In this document: positions 11,262-23,200 of the stretch, piece by piece
Layout: the number at the start of each line of letters is the position of its first letter
How positions within the stretch are numbered: the stretch's first letter is position 1
From: Eledone cirrhosa
Taxonomy: Eukaryota
Direction of reading: 5' to 3'
Length of the DNA stretch: 64,000 bases
Assembly: GCA_964016885.1 (NCBI GenBank)
Contig: CAXHJY010000928.1
Span: 744,001 to 808,000, forward strand
Translations under genes and position numbers: made by a program
Notes under the pieces: generated by a model
The model's database searches: none
Told to the model about the DNA's origin: nothing
What the model saw: the letters and a program-made list of their open reading frames with translations, nothing else

Positions 11262-12526
11262 AACGCTCCTGGGGGTACCGGAAAAACTTTTGTAACGAAT
11301 TTGATTCTCGCTAAGATTCGTCAGGAGAAAAAAGTTGCGTTGTCCGTTGCATCATCCGGGATCGCTGCTACTTTGCTGCCGGGAGGCAGGACAGCACATT
11401 CAACCTTTAAACTCCCTTTAGATTTAGTAAAAACTGAGACACCAACATGCAATATCAGCAAGAGTTCACACAAAGCTCTGGTTCTCAAAAGATGTTGCCT
11501 CATTGTTTGGGATGAGTGCACAATGGCACACAAGGGTGCCCATGAGGCATTGGACAGGGCCCGGAAAGACATTAGGGATTCTACTGCTCCTATGGTTGGC
11601 GTAACCCTTCTGCTATCAGGGGATTTTTGGAAAACGCTGCCTGTCATCCCCAAATGGACAAGAGCTGATGAAGTGCGTGCCTGTCTTAAGTCGTCCATGT
11701 TGTGGCTCCAGGTGAATAGTTTGTACCTGAGCACAAATGTGCGTGCTCATTTGCATGGTGACAACATGTCTGCAGCACAGAACATTTTAGCACTTGGTGA
11801 GGGCAAGATCCCTGTGGATGACAAGGGCGGCATAGCAATCAACACCCTGTGCAACATTGTGAGCAGCCCTTCTGACCTTTGGGAAGCAGTTTTTCCTAAT
11901 GTCTCATCTAACTTTAAAAACCTCGATTGGCTCACCGATAGAGCCATCCTTGCTCCGAAAAATACCATGGTTAATTTTATTAACGAGCAGCTGATTGAGA
12001 AGATTCCCGGTAAAGAGCACATCTTCAAATCAGACCCCGACGATATCGTTAATTATCCGGTTGAGTTATTAAATCTCCTTGAGCCCCCAGGGCTCCCACC
12101 TCACATTATTAAGCTTAGGGTTGGCTGTCCCATTATGCTAACAAGGAACTTGCGTCCACCAAAGCAGTGCAACGGTACTCGCATGGTCGTCAAGTCACTG
12201 ACACTCACTTGATTGAGGCCACCATTGTAACGGGGTGTGGAAGAGGTGAGAATGTTTTCATTCCAAGGATGAACCTTTTCCCCTCAGCGTCAGATATCTC
12301 GTTCGATTTCCGACGATCCCAATTCCCGATGAGACCATGTTTTGCCATGTCCAGTAACAAGTCATAAGGGCAAACATTGTCGGTGGCGAGCATCCATTTG
12401 GAGGAGCCATGCTTCTCCCATGGCCAACTTTATGTTGACTGTTCCCGCGCAGGGAGCAGGAATGGACTTTTTGCTTACTCTCCTCAAGGGATGACACGCA
12501 ATATCGTCTACAAAGAGGTGCTATAG
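11262..12526 (+). pseudogene. Helitron Pif1-family helicase domain (frameshifted)
   Basis: APGGTGKTF at ~11265-11290, VASSGIAATLLPGGRTAHSTFKLP, IVWDECTM, LLSGDF, DRAILAPKN, LTRNLRPPKQCNGTR, QFPMRPCFAMSSNKS, GQLYV. Ends NIVYKEVL* at 12526. Confidence 0.92.
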
Positions 12527-12840
12527 ATGTTGGTGCAGGTGTTGGAGCTATGCCGTCTGGAACACTATTTCCTGGTAGGGTCACCCATGGCGGACAGATC
12601 TGACACCCAGCGGCATCAGGGCCACTATCTTGCAACTTTGGTCTACTAAATTCGCTATTGGAAGATTATTAACCCATCATTGATTGACCAAAATGCTAAT
12701 TGGTTCGTAACTTTTAATAACTGGTTCAACTGCTTTATGCACTTAATTGATAAGCTTATTCGCTTTCAAACCACGTTTACCTGTATGTAACTTTTCATAG
12801 CAAATGAACAAACCCGAGCAACGCCGGGCTAAACTGCTAG

Positions 12841-12956
12841 TATATATATATTACACACACAGAAATGTATATATATTTCTGTGTGTATATATATATATTT
12901 CTGTGTGTGTATATATATATATATTACACACACACAGAAATGTATATATGTTTCTG
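12841..12956. repeat. Third segment of the palindromic TA/ACACACAGAAAT array
   Basis: Same unit as 4482-4770. Confidence 0.85.
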
Positions 12957-13137
12957 TAGCACTCCTCAATTCCCTCCTCTCTCCCTTCCGCTATCCCCCT
13001 CTTGTAGTCTGTCGCTTTCTTTCACTCTCACTCTCTCTCTCTACGCGTGCGCAAAAAACATTCGCACGCGCGCACATGTTTCCACTGTCGGACAGACAGA
13101 CAGACAGAGAAATTGCTGGTTATATATTATAAGGAGA
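12957..13137 (-). mobile_element. Probable 5' end fragment of a non-autonomous Helitron
   Basis: Minus strand reads A^TCTCCTTATAATATATAACCAGC...(TCTG)n, the same architecture as other 5' ends here. No 3' hairpin/CTAG seen. Confidence 0.5.
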
Positions 13138-13287
13138 TTAACAATTAACCACCAACAACAACACCATTACTGCTGATACTGAATTAAAATATATAAAAGG
13201 ACACTAAAGTACTAATGTGGTTTTTCTCATGAAATTAGAAAATATTCATATTCAGACTTCCATTTGTTCATATTCATTTATATTAAA

Positions 13288-13592
13288 CTAGCAGTAGTAC
13301 CCGGCGTTGCACGGGATAAGGTATTTTGGAACGCAGGCCGCCAACAGACCTAATCGTGGAAAAACTGCATGCCTGAATCCCTAAAAAGCTGAAAAAATGA
13401 AGTTTTTCACCTAATGCGGGCCCTAGGAGATTAAAAAGTTGAAATTTTTTATGTGCATAACACTCCCTGAAACATAAGTAATACACATATAAAGTTTGAA
13501 AAAAATCGGTAGGGTACTTCTCGAGTTTTAGGGATTCAAACTCACAGACACACACACCCACAGACAGACATCCTCAGTTTTATATATATAGA
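13288..13592 (-). mobile_element. Complete 305-bp non-autonomous Helitron
   Basis: Minus strand: A^TCTATATATATAAAACTGAGGATGTCTGTCTG ... CCCGTGCAACGCCGGGTACTACTGCTAG^T. Inserted between A and T with no TSD. Confidence 0.9.
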
Positions 13593-13699
13593 TACATGTT
13601 AACCACCACTAACAGTAAGTAGTATTTTTTAAATCATTGTCTTATTTAAAATAACATATTAAAGTCAATGTTATTTCGCTGTTAATAAACTTTTGGCTA

Positions 13700-14056
13700 C
13701 TACAAGCTTCCAAGGTTACGGAGAAAATCAATGAAACAGAAATTTCCCATTCAAATTGAACTGAGAGTAATCTGTGAACGCAGAAGTAAATATTTCGAGA
13801 AATGTTGCAACCGAACGAAAACAGGAAGACGATTTTCACAAAACTTGACACATGGGCTACGTTTGTCCTACAGATGAATGTTAACTCTCAAAATTGGCAC
13901 ATATTGGGTAGGGGACTCCTGGGGGCAGGAACCCCCTTTTGGAAAAAGCCGATGATTTTGTAAAAGTATAGTTTTCGAAGCAGCACTGAAGTATTGACAT
14001 AAATGGTATACGCAACTGCTATTTAATATCTGAGCAACGCCGGGTACCTCTGCTTG
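13700..14056 (+). mobile_element. Helitron fragment with decayed 3' end (5' boundary uncertain)
   Basis: TCTGAGCAACGCCGGGTACCTCTGCTTG at ~14029-14056 is the family hairpin with CTAG mutated to CTTG. Confidence 0.55.
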
Positions 14057-14060
14057 TGTA

Positions 14061-14581
14061 TCTATATATCTAAAACAGAGAATGTCTGTCTGACTCCCTA
14101 AAACTCGAGAACCACCTAACCGATTGTTTTCAAACTTTACACATGTAATACTTATGGTTGTGTGGGTGTTTTGAGCAAAAAATATTTCAAATTGTCAATG
14201 GCCTATGGACCATATTAGGCGATTTAGTGATCTCTCTCTATAATTCTTAGCCTTTCTCTGTTAGATAGATACATAGATATAACGTTGCGCCCTTATAATA
14301 TCTGTCTGTATGTCTGGCTGTCTGCATTACAGGATAATGACGTAGCTGTGTGTGTGTATATATGTATATAAACAAAAGTATTTATTTTGTGATAAAGTAT
14401 TGATTTTCTTCACACGGAAAAAAACCCTGGTAATCTACGACAAACTTTTTTTATAAGCAGAAAATGTAGACACCATCCCAAGGCCGAGGTATTCTGTACT
14501 TCTCTGTGCTGTTTCAGAAAGGAGGGATAAACATCCCAATCTATGTTTAGAATCCTGAGCAATGCCGGGCCATTTTGCTAG
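14061..14581 (+). mobile_element. Non-autonomous Helitron, same 5' family as 13288-13592 but opposite orientation
   Basis: A^TCTATATATCTAAAACAGAGAATGTCTGTCTG..TCCCTAAAACTCGAGA..CCGATT..TTTTCAAACTTTA aligns with the reverse complement of ~13420-13592. 3' CCTGAGCAATGCCGGG...CTAG (14578-14581)^T. Confidence 0.8.
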
Positions 14582-14719
14582 TATATTACTAAAACTCTGT
14601 GATTGCTTGCTTGCTTGCTTGTCTGTAATGTAATACAACCAAAAGTGCACATAATGGGAAAATACTTTGAAAGGAAGTTGGCCCTGAAATGGTGATACAA
14701 ATAGAATGAAACAAGTTTC

Positions 14720-16925
14720 GCGTAAATCAGACCATGGGTTCCCGAGATATGGTGGGGAGGGCCTCTTGACCCTTTGTTTTGCAAGTTTTCTATGGCTTGA
14801 TGCCCTTCTTATCATCAACCACTTTACCATATGTACTGGATGTATTTCTCATGCATGTAGATCACTGACACTAGAGAGGTTGTGTCATTGACACAACTGA
14901 AGGATCCTCTCAACCATTTTATGCATGGTTTCTACACTAGGTTGTCCTTCATGTCACCAACCACTTTTATGGAGGTGCATTTTTGTGTTACTATCACTAA
15001 AGAAGTTATTGATCATAGTCCCAACTGAAGAGCCCAATCTGCTCTGTGGAGATAGGTACAAAGTTATAGGTGTATGTGGTGATTTGGCAGGGTGATGTAT
15101 AAGGGGAAGGGATGGCTGATTAGTCTATGGAGAGAGGAGATGGGGTGGTGTGGGGAATATTGTTGAAAGAATGGGAGTCAATGATGGAGAAATATGTCTG
15201 GGGCAATAGTGAGGATATCTATGAGGCAGAGAGTAACTAAGGAGTGGTACTGGAGGGGGAATGGGTGGTGGGTACAGTTGTGGTGAGGATAGCTGCTGGG
15301 CAGTGATAGTGGAAGGAAGGGGGACACATGGATGGGTCAGATCATATTGTTCGCTTGTGATCAGGTCTTCATCATCACAGCATAATGACTGCTGTTCCTT
15401 TGTCATCTCAGTTGTGAGGTTTAGTTTCTTAGGTCACTCTTCACTACTTTGTTCCAAGTCTTCCTGGGTCTATCTTCTTCTCAGATTTCAGCCGCTGGGA
15501 TTTCTCAGCATTTCTTTATTCAGCTGCTATCTTCCATACCTGTCTATACCAGTGCAGTCTTCTCTCTTGCACATTACATCTAATTCCTCTCAGATCACTT
15601 ATGCTACCTCTTTCATGCACACTAACATTGCACATCCATCAGAGCATACTCACTTCATTTCTCTCCAGCCTTTGTAGGTCTTCTGTCGTAGCATTGCAGT
15701 CTACCCTTCACTCTGAGCGAAAAGTCCTTTGTTGTCAGCAAGGATATCAGCTCTCTAAACTTCTTCCAGCCTGTTCTATTACATTTCCTGTGCATCCTCC
15801 CCAATTTTAATTTGATCACCTAAGTAGCAGATGTTGTTGACAACTTCTAAGAGCTTCCCTGGCAACAGAAGGAATCTACTTCACATGAGTTCTTAGTGCT
15901 TACTTCTCCTGTATATCTACCACATACAAAGACTGTTTTCCATTATTCTGCCTGCAATCCCACTACACCTCTTGTGCATCCATAGATTGCACTATGTACA
16001 CCTTATAGAATTTCCCCCCCACCCACTTCTGACATATCAAACAAGGCCATTTTCCTGATGGTATCACTCTTCTTTCCTGCTTATTAGCACCTTTGTCTTT
16101 TGCTAAGTTTAGTTTTAGGCCTACAGATTCAGCTATAAGGACTAGGTCATCAGCTTATAAGAGCTCCCATGGGTGCCAGTTTGAAACTTCTCAGTGCCTG
16201 AAGCACAATGATACACAAGAGTGAACTGAGGACTGAGCCCTGAACTTCAAATTCATCACTATACTCACTTCCAGCCATTATGCTGCTGGTTGCTCCTCTA
16301 TACATGGCCTTCACAAGCCATTCATCTACTCTTAGCTTCAAACGTACCCACCAGATTACAGAGTGCAGGACCCTGTCAAAGGCCTTCTCCATATCTACAA
16401 AAGCCAGATACAGTGGTTTACTCTTAGCAAAGTACCTTTCCTTCAGTTGTTTGGCTATAAAGAGGGCATGGCTTTTATCTCTTAGTCTATTTAGCACTTA
16501 TTCTAAGGTCACTGACAACTAGTTTCTGTTGGGAGGTACATTCTTCCCATGGAAAGGTTTTGGCATTTCCAACCATTTGCCTGTCCCATTTCCTGGTGTG
16601 GATGAAATCTATTTGGCGTGTATGCCCCGCTGATTGGTAGGTAATCAGGTAGTTGGCTAAGTTATTGAAGTATGTGTTACAAATCATTAAATGGAGAGCA
16701 TCATAGAACTCAGTTCCCTCCTCATTTCTTGTGCCATATCCGTAGCATCTATGCCAAGGAATCTTTCATGATGTTTCCCAACATGTCTGTTGAAGTCACC
16801 AGCTGTGATCATAGGATCACTGTCATCTGTCATTGTGGTAGTTTGTAGGAGGGCCCCATAGAAACGGTCTTTTTGTTTGTCGGCAAGTACAGCTTCTGGG
16901 ACATATGCAGATAATATGGTGGCGG
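14720..16925 (-). mobile_element. Old, degenerate, internally deleted RTE-clade LINE
   Basis: Minus strand shows APE remnants (ISAYVP ~16900, GDFNRHVG ~16790, RQIDFIHTR, EECTSQ) and RT (YLAFVDMEKAFDRV, QGSVLSSLL). An RPRKTW-like stretch lies at ~15450-15475, followed by a C-rich 3' UTR and two decayed copies of the GAAGGGCATC 3' box (~14780-14825, ~14925-14970). Confidence 0.8.
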
Positions 16926-17023
16926 TAGAATTGTATATGGAATATATATATTATATACACACTATATATATACATACTATACTTACACTATATACACAAT
17001 ATATATACCTTTATATGCACTAT

Positions 17024-17188
17024 AGACCACGAAAAACATGGGCAGAGGTGGTGAGAGCTGACCTCAAATCACTGAAGGTGACGGAGGAGATGACGGAGGA
17101 CTGTGACGGATGGAGATATGCTGTGTTAAATAGGACCCCTCGCACGCTTTTAAGCAGGGAAAAGAGGACGTAAAATGATGATGATGAT
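17024..17188 (+). mobile_element. Severely 5'-truncated RTE 3' end
   Basis: Encodes RPRKTWAEVVRADLK...WRYAV, homologous to the C-terminus of 6233-8200, then ...GAGGACGTAAAAT(GAT)n tail. Confidence 0.85.
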
Positions 17189-17200
17189 TATATGGATTTA

Positions 17201-17218
17201 AGTAATTTGATTCCCAGT
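17201..17218 (-). repeat. Single inverted satellite monomer at the array boundary
   Basis: AGTAATTTGATTCCCAGT is the reverse complement of ACTGGGAATCAAATTACT, a variant that occurs in the array (e.g. ~19295-19312). Confidence 0.85.
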
Positions 17219-20200
17219 TAAATTACTAGGAGTTAAATTACTGGGAGTCAAATTACTGGGAGATAAATTACTGGGAGTCAAATTACTGGGAGATAAATTA
17301 CTGGGAGTTAAATTACTGGGAGATAAATTACTGGGAGTTAAATTACTGGGAGATAAATTACTGGCAGTCAAATTACTGGGAGATAAATTACTGGGAGTTA
17401 AATTACTGGGAGTCAAATTACTGGGAGATAAATTACTGGGAGTTAAATTACTGGGAGATAAATTACTGGGAGTCAAATTACTGTGAGTTAAATTACTGGG
17501 AGATAAATTACTGGGAGTCAAATTACTGGGAGATAAATTACTGGGAGATAAATTACTGTGGATTAAATTACTGGGAGATAAATTACTGGGAGTTAAATTA
17601 CTGGGAGATAAATTACTGGGAGTCAAATTACTGTGAGTTAAATTACTGGGAGATAAATTACTGGGAGTCAATTACTGGGAGATAAATTACTGGGAGATAA
17701 ATTACTGTGGATTAAATTACTGGGAGATAAATTACTGGGAGTTAAATTACTGGGAGATAAATTACTGGGAGATAAATTACTGGGAGTTAAATTACTGGGA
17801 GATAAATTACTGGGAGATAAATTACTGGGAGTTAAATTACTGGGAGATAAATTACTGGGAGTCAAATTACTGGGAGATAAATTACTGGGAGTCAAATTAC
17901 TGGGAAATAAATTACTGGGAGTCAAATTACTGCGAGATAAATTACTGGGAGTTAAATTACTGGGAAATAAATTACTGGGGGGTAAATTACTGGGAGATAA
18001 ATTACTGGGAGTTAAATTACTGGGAGATAAATTACTGGGAGTAAAAATTACTGGGAGATAAATTACTGGCAGTTAAATTACTGGGAGTCAAATTACTGGG
18101 AGTCAAATTACTGGGAGATAAATTACTGGGTGTTAAATTACTGGGAGTCAAATTATTGGGAGATAAATTACTGGGAGTCAAATTACTGGTAGATAAATTA
18201 CTGGGAGTTAAATTACTGGGAGATAAATTACTGGGAGATAAATTACTGGGAGATAAATTAGTGGGAGTTAAATTACTGGGAGATAAATTGCTGGGAGTTA
18301 AATTACTGGGAGATAAATTACTGGGAGTCAAATTACTGGGAGATAAATTACTGGGAGTCAGATTACTGGGAGTTAAATTACTGGGAAATAAATTACTGGG
18401 AGTTAAATTACTGGGAGTTAAATTACTGGGAGTCAAATTACTGGGAGATAAATTACTGGGAGTCAAATTACTGGGAGATAAATTACTGGGAGTCAAATTA
18501 CTGGGAGTTAAATTACTGGGAGATAAATTACTGGGAGTTAAATTACTGGGAGTCAAATTACTGGGAGATAAATTACTGGGACTCAAATTACTGGGAGATA
18601 AATTACTGGGACTCAAATTAGTGGGAGATAAATTACTGGGAGTCAAATTACTGGGAGATAAATTACTGGGAGTTAAATTACTGGGAGTCAAATTACTGGG
18701 AGATAAATTACTGGGAGTCAAACTACTGGGAGATAAATTACTGGGAGATAAATTAATGGGAGATAAATTACTGGGAGATAAATTACTGGGAGATAAATTA
18801 CTGGGATTCAAATTACTGCGAGATAAATTACTGGGAGTCAAATTACTGGGAGATAAATTACTGGGAGTTAAATTACTGGGAGATAAATTACTGGGAGAGA
18901 AATTACTGGGAGTCAAATTACAGGGAGATAAATTACTGGGAGTCAAATTACTGGGAGATATATTACTGGGAGTTAAATTACTGGGAGATAAATTACTGGG
19001 AGTCAAATTACTGCGAGATAAATTACTGGGAGTCAAATTACTGCGAGATAAATTACTGGGAGTTAAATTAGTGGGAAATAAATTACTGGGAGGTAAATAA
19101 CTGGGAGATAAATTACTGGAGTCAAATTACTGGGAGATAAATTACTGGGAGTTAAATTACTGGGAGATAAATTACTGGGAGTAAAAATGACTGGGAGATA
19201 AATTACTGGGAGTTAAATTACTGGGAGTCAAATTACTGGGAGTCAAATTACTGGGAGATAAATTACTGGGTGTTAAATTACTGGGAGATAAATTACTGGG
19301 AATCAAATTACTGGGAGATAAATTACTGGGAGTCAAATTACTGGGAGTCAAATTACTGGGAGATAAATTACTGGGATATAAATTACTGGGAGATAAATTA
19401 CTGGGAGTTAAATTATTGGGAGATAAATTACTGTGAGTCAAATTACTGGGAGATAAATTACTGAGAGTCAAATTACTGGGAGTTATATTACTGGGAGTCA
19501 AATTATGGGAGTCAAATTACTGGGAGATAAATTACTGGGAGTCAAATTACTGGGAGATAAATTACTGGGAGTCAAATTACTGTGAGTTAAATTACTGGGA
19601 GATAAATTACTGGGAGTCAAATTACTGGGAGATAAATTACTGGGAGATAAATTACTGTGGATTAAATTACTGGGAGATAAATTACTGGGAGTTAAATTAC
19701 TGGGAGATAAATTACTGGGAGTCAAATTACTGTGAGTTAAATTACTGGGAGATAAATTACTGGGAGTCAATTACTGGGAGATAAATTACTGGGAGATAAA
19801 TTACTGTGGATTAAATTACTGGGAGTTAAATTACTGGGAGATAAATTACTGGGAGATAAATTACTGGGAGTTAAATTACTGGGAGATAAATTACTGGGAG
19901 TTAAATTACTGGGAGATAAATTACTGGGAGTTAAATTACTGGGAGATAAATTACTGGGAGTCAAATTACTGGGAGATAAATTACTGGGAGTCAAATTACT
20001 GGGAAATAAATTACTGGGAGTCAAATTACTGCGAGATAAATTACTGGGAGTTAAATTACTGGGAAATAAATTACTGGGAGGTAAATTACTGGGAGATAAA
20101 TTACTGGGAGTCAAATTACTGGGAGATAAATTACTGGGAGTTAAATTACTGGGAGATAAATTACTGGGAGTAAAAATTACTGGGAGATAAATTACTGGCA

Positions 20201-23200
20201 GTTAAATTACTGGGAGTCAAATTACTGGGAGTCAAATTACTGGGAGATAAATTACTGGGTGTTAAATTACTGGGAGTCAAATTATTGGGAGATAAATTAC
20301 TGGGAGTCAAATTACTGGTAGATAAATTACTGGGAGTTAAATTACTGGGAGATAAATTACTGGGAGATAAATTACTGGGAGATAAATTAGTGGGAGTTAA
20401 ATTACTGGGAGATAAATTGCTGGGAGTTAAATTACTGGGAGATAAATTACTGGGAGTCAAATTACTGGGAGATAAATTACTGGGAGTCAGATTACTGGGA
20501 GTTAAATTACTGGGAAATAAATTACTGGGAGTTAAATTACTGGGAGTTAAATTACTGGGAGTCAAATTACTGGGAGATAAATTACTGGGAGTCAAATTAC
20601 TGGGAGATAAATTACTGGGAGTCAAATTACTGGGAGTTAAATTACTGGGAGATAAATTACTGGGAGTTAAATTACTGGGAGTCAAATTACTGGGAGATAA
20701 ATTACTGGGACTCAAATTACTGGGAGATAAATTACTGGGACTCAAATTAGTGGGAGATAAATTACTGGGAGTCAAATTACTGGGAGATAAATTACTGGGA
20801 GTTAAATTACTGGGAGTCAAATTACTGGGAGATAAATTACTGGGAGTCAAACTACTGGGAGATAAATTACTGGGAGATAAATTAATGGGAGATAAATTAC
20901 TGGGAGATAAATTACTGGGAGATAAATTACTGGGATTCAAATTACTGCGAGATAAATTACTGGGAGTCAAATTACTGGGAGATAAATTACTGGGAGTTAA
21001 ATTACTGGGAGATAAATTACTGGGAGAGAAATTACTGGGAGTCAAATTACAGGGAGATAAATTACTGGGAGTCAAATTACTGGGAGATATATTACTGGGA
21101 GTTAAATTACTGGGAGATAAATTACTGGGAGTCAAATTACTGCGAGATAAATTACTGGGAGTCAAATTACTGCGAGATAAATTACTGGGAGTTAAATTAG
21201 TGGGAAATAAATTACTGGGAGGTAAATTACTGGGAGATAAATTACTGGAGTCAAATTACTGGGAGATAAATTACTGGGAGTTAAATTACTGGGAGATAAA
21301 TTACTGGGAGTAAAAATTACTGGGAGATAAATTACTGGGAGTTAAATTACTGGGAGTCAAATTACTGGGAGTCAAATTACTGGGAGATAAATTACTGGGT
21401 GTTAAATTACTGGGAGATAAATTACTGGGAATCAAATTACTAGGAGATAAATTACTGGGAGTCAAATTACTGGGAGTCAAATTACTGGGAGATAAATTAC
21501 TGGGAGATAAATTACTGGGAGATAAATTACTGGGAGTTAAATTATTGGGAGATAAATTACTGTGAGTCAAATTACTGGGAGATAAATTACTGAGAGTCAA
21601 ATTACTGGGAGTTATATTACTGGGAGTCAAATTATGGGAGTCAAATTACTGGGAGATAAATTACTGGGAGTCAAATTACTGGGAGATATATTACTGGGAG
21701 TCAAATTACTGCGAGATAAATTACTGGGAGTCAAATTACTGCGAGATAAATTACTGGGAGTTAATTACTGGGAGTTAAATTACTGGGAGATAAATTGCTG
21801 GGAGTTAAATTACTGGGAGATAAATTACTGGGAGATAAATTACTGGGAGATAAATTACTGGGAGTTAAATTATTGGGAGATAAATTACTGTGAGTCAAAT
21901 TACTGGGAGATAAATTACTGGGAGTCAAATTACTGGGAGATAAATTACTGGGAGTCAAATTACTGGGAGATATATTACTGGGAGTCAAATTACTGCGAGA
22001 TAAATTACTGGGAGTCAAATTACTGCGAGATAAATTACTGGGAGTCAAATTACTGGTAGATAAATTACTGGGAGTCAAATTACTGGGAGATAAATTACTG
22101 GGAGATAAATTACTGGGAGATAAATTACTGGGAGTCAAATTACTGGGAGATAAATTACTGGGAGATAAATTACTGGGAGTTAAATTATTGGGAGATAAAT
22201 TACTGGGAGTCAAATTACTGGGAGATAAATTACTGGGAGTCAAATTACTGGGAGATAAATTACTGGGAGTCAAATTACTGGGAAATAAATTACTGGGAGT
22301 CAAATTACTGCGAGATAAATTACTGGGAGTTAAATTACTGGGAAATAAATTACTGGGAGGTAAATTACTGGGAGATAAATTACTGGGAGTCAAATTACTG
22401 GGAGATAAATTACTGGGAGTTAAATTACTGGGAGATAAATTACTGGGAGTAAAAATTACTGGGAGATAAATTACTGGCAGTTAAATTACTGGGAGTCAAA
22501 TTACTGGGAGTCAAACTACTGGGAGATAAATTACTGGGTGTTAAATTACTGGGAGTCAAATTATTGGGAGATAAATTACTGGGAGTCAAATTACTGGTAG
22601 ATAAATTACTGGGAGTTAAATTACTGGGAGATAAATTACTGGGAGATAAACTACTGGGAGATAAATTAGTGGGAGTTAAATTACTGGGAGATAAATTGCT
22701 GGGAGTTAAATTATTGGGAGATAAATTACTGTGAGTCAAATTACTGGGAGATAAATTACTGAGAGTCAAATTACTGGGAGTTATATTACTGGGAGTCAAA
22801 TTATGGGAGTCAAATTACTGGGAGATAAATTACTGGGAGTCAAATTACTGGGAGATATATTACTGGGAGTCAAATTACTGCGAGATAAATTACTGGGAGT
22901 CAAATTACTGCGAGATAAATTACTGGGAGTTAATTACTGGGAGTTAAATTACTGGGAGATAAATTGCTGGGAGTTAAATTACTGGGAGATAAATTACTGG
23001 GAGATAAATTACTGGGAGATAAATTACTGGGAGTTAAATTATTGGGAGATAAATTACTGTGAGTCAAATTACTGGGAGATAAATTACTGGGAGTCAAATT
23101 ACTGGGAGATAAATTACTGGGAGTCAAATTACTGGGAGATATATTACTGGGAGTCAAATTACTGCGAGATAAATTACTGGGAGTCAAATTACTGCGAGAT

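Larger units (their letters stand above)
8636..12840 (+). mobile_element. Helitron 2, internally deleted derivative with both termini
   Basis: 5' A^TC(ATC)nATTATCTATAAAAGG (the exact TC could be 8636, 8645 or 8651). 3' hairpin CCCGAGCAACGCCGGG then CTAG (12837-12840)^T. Contains RepHel N-terminus and helicase remnants. Confidence 0.88.

Noticed and set aside
15040-15330. Purine/G-rich tract and Pro-rich ORF 15125-15406
   Set aside because: Explained as the C-rich 3' UTR of the degenerate minus-strand RTE.
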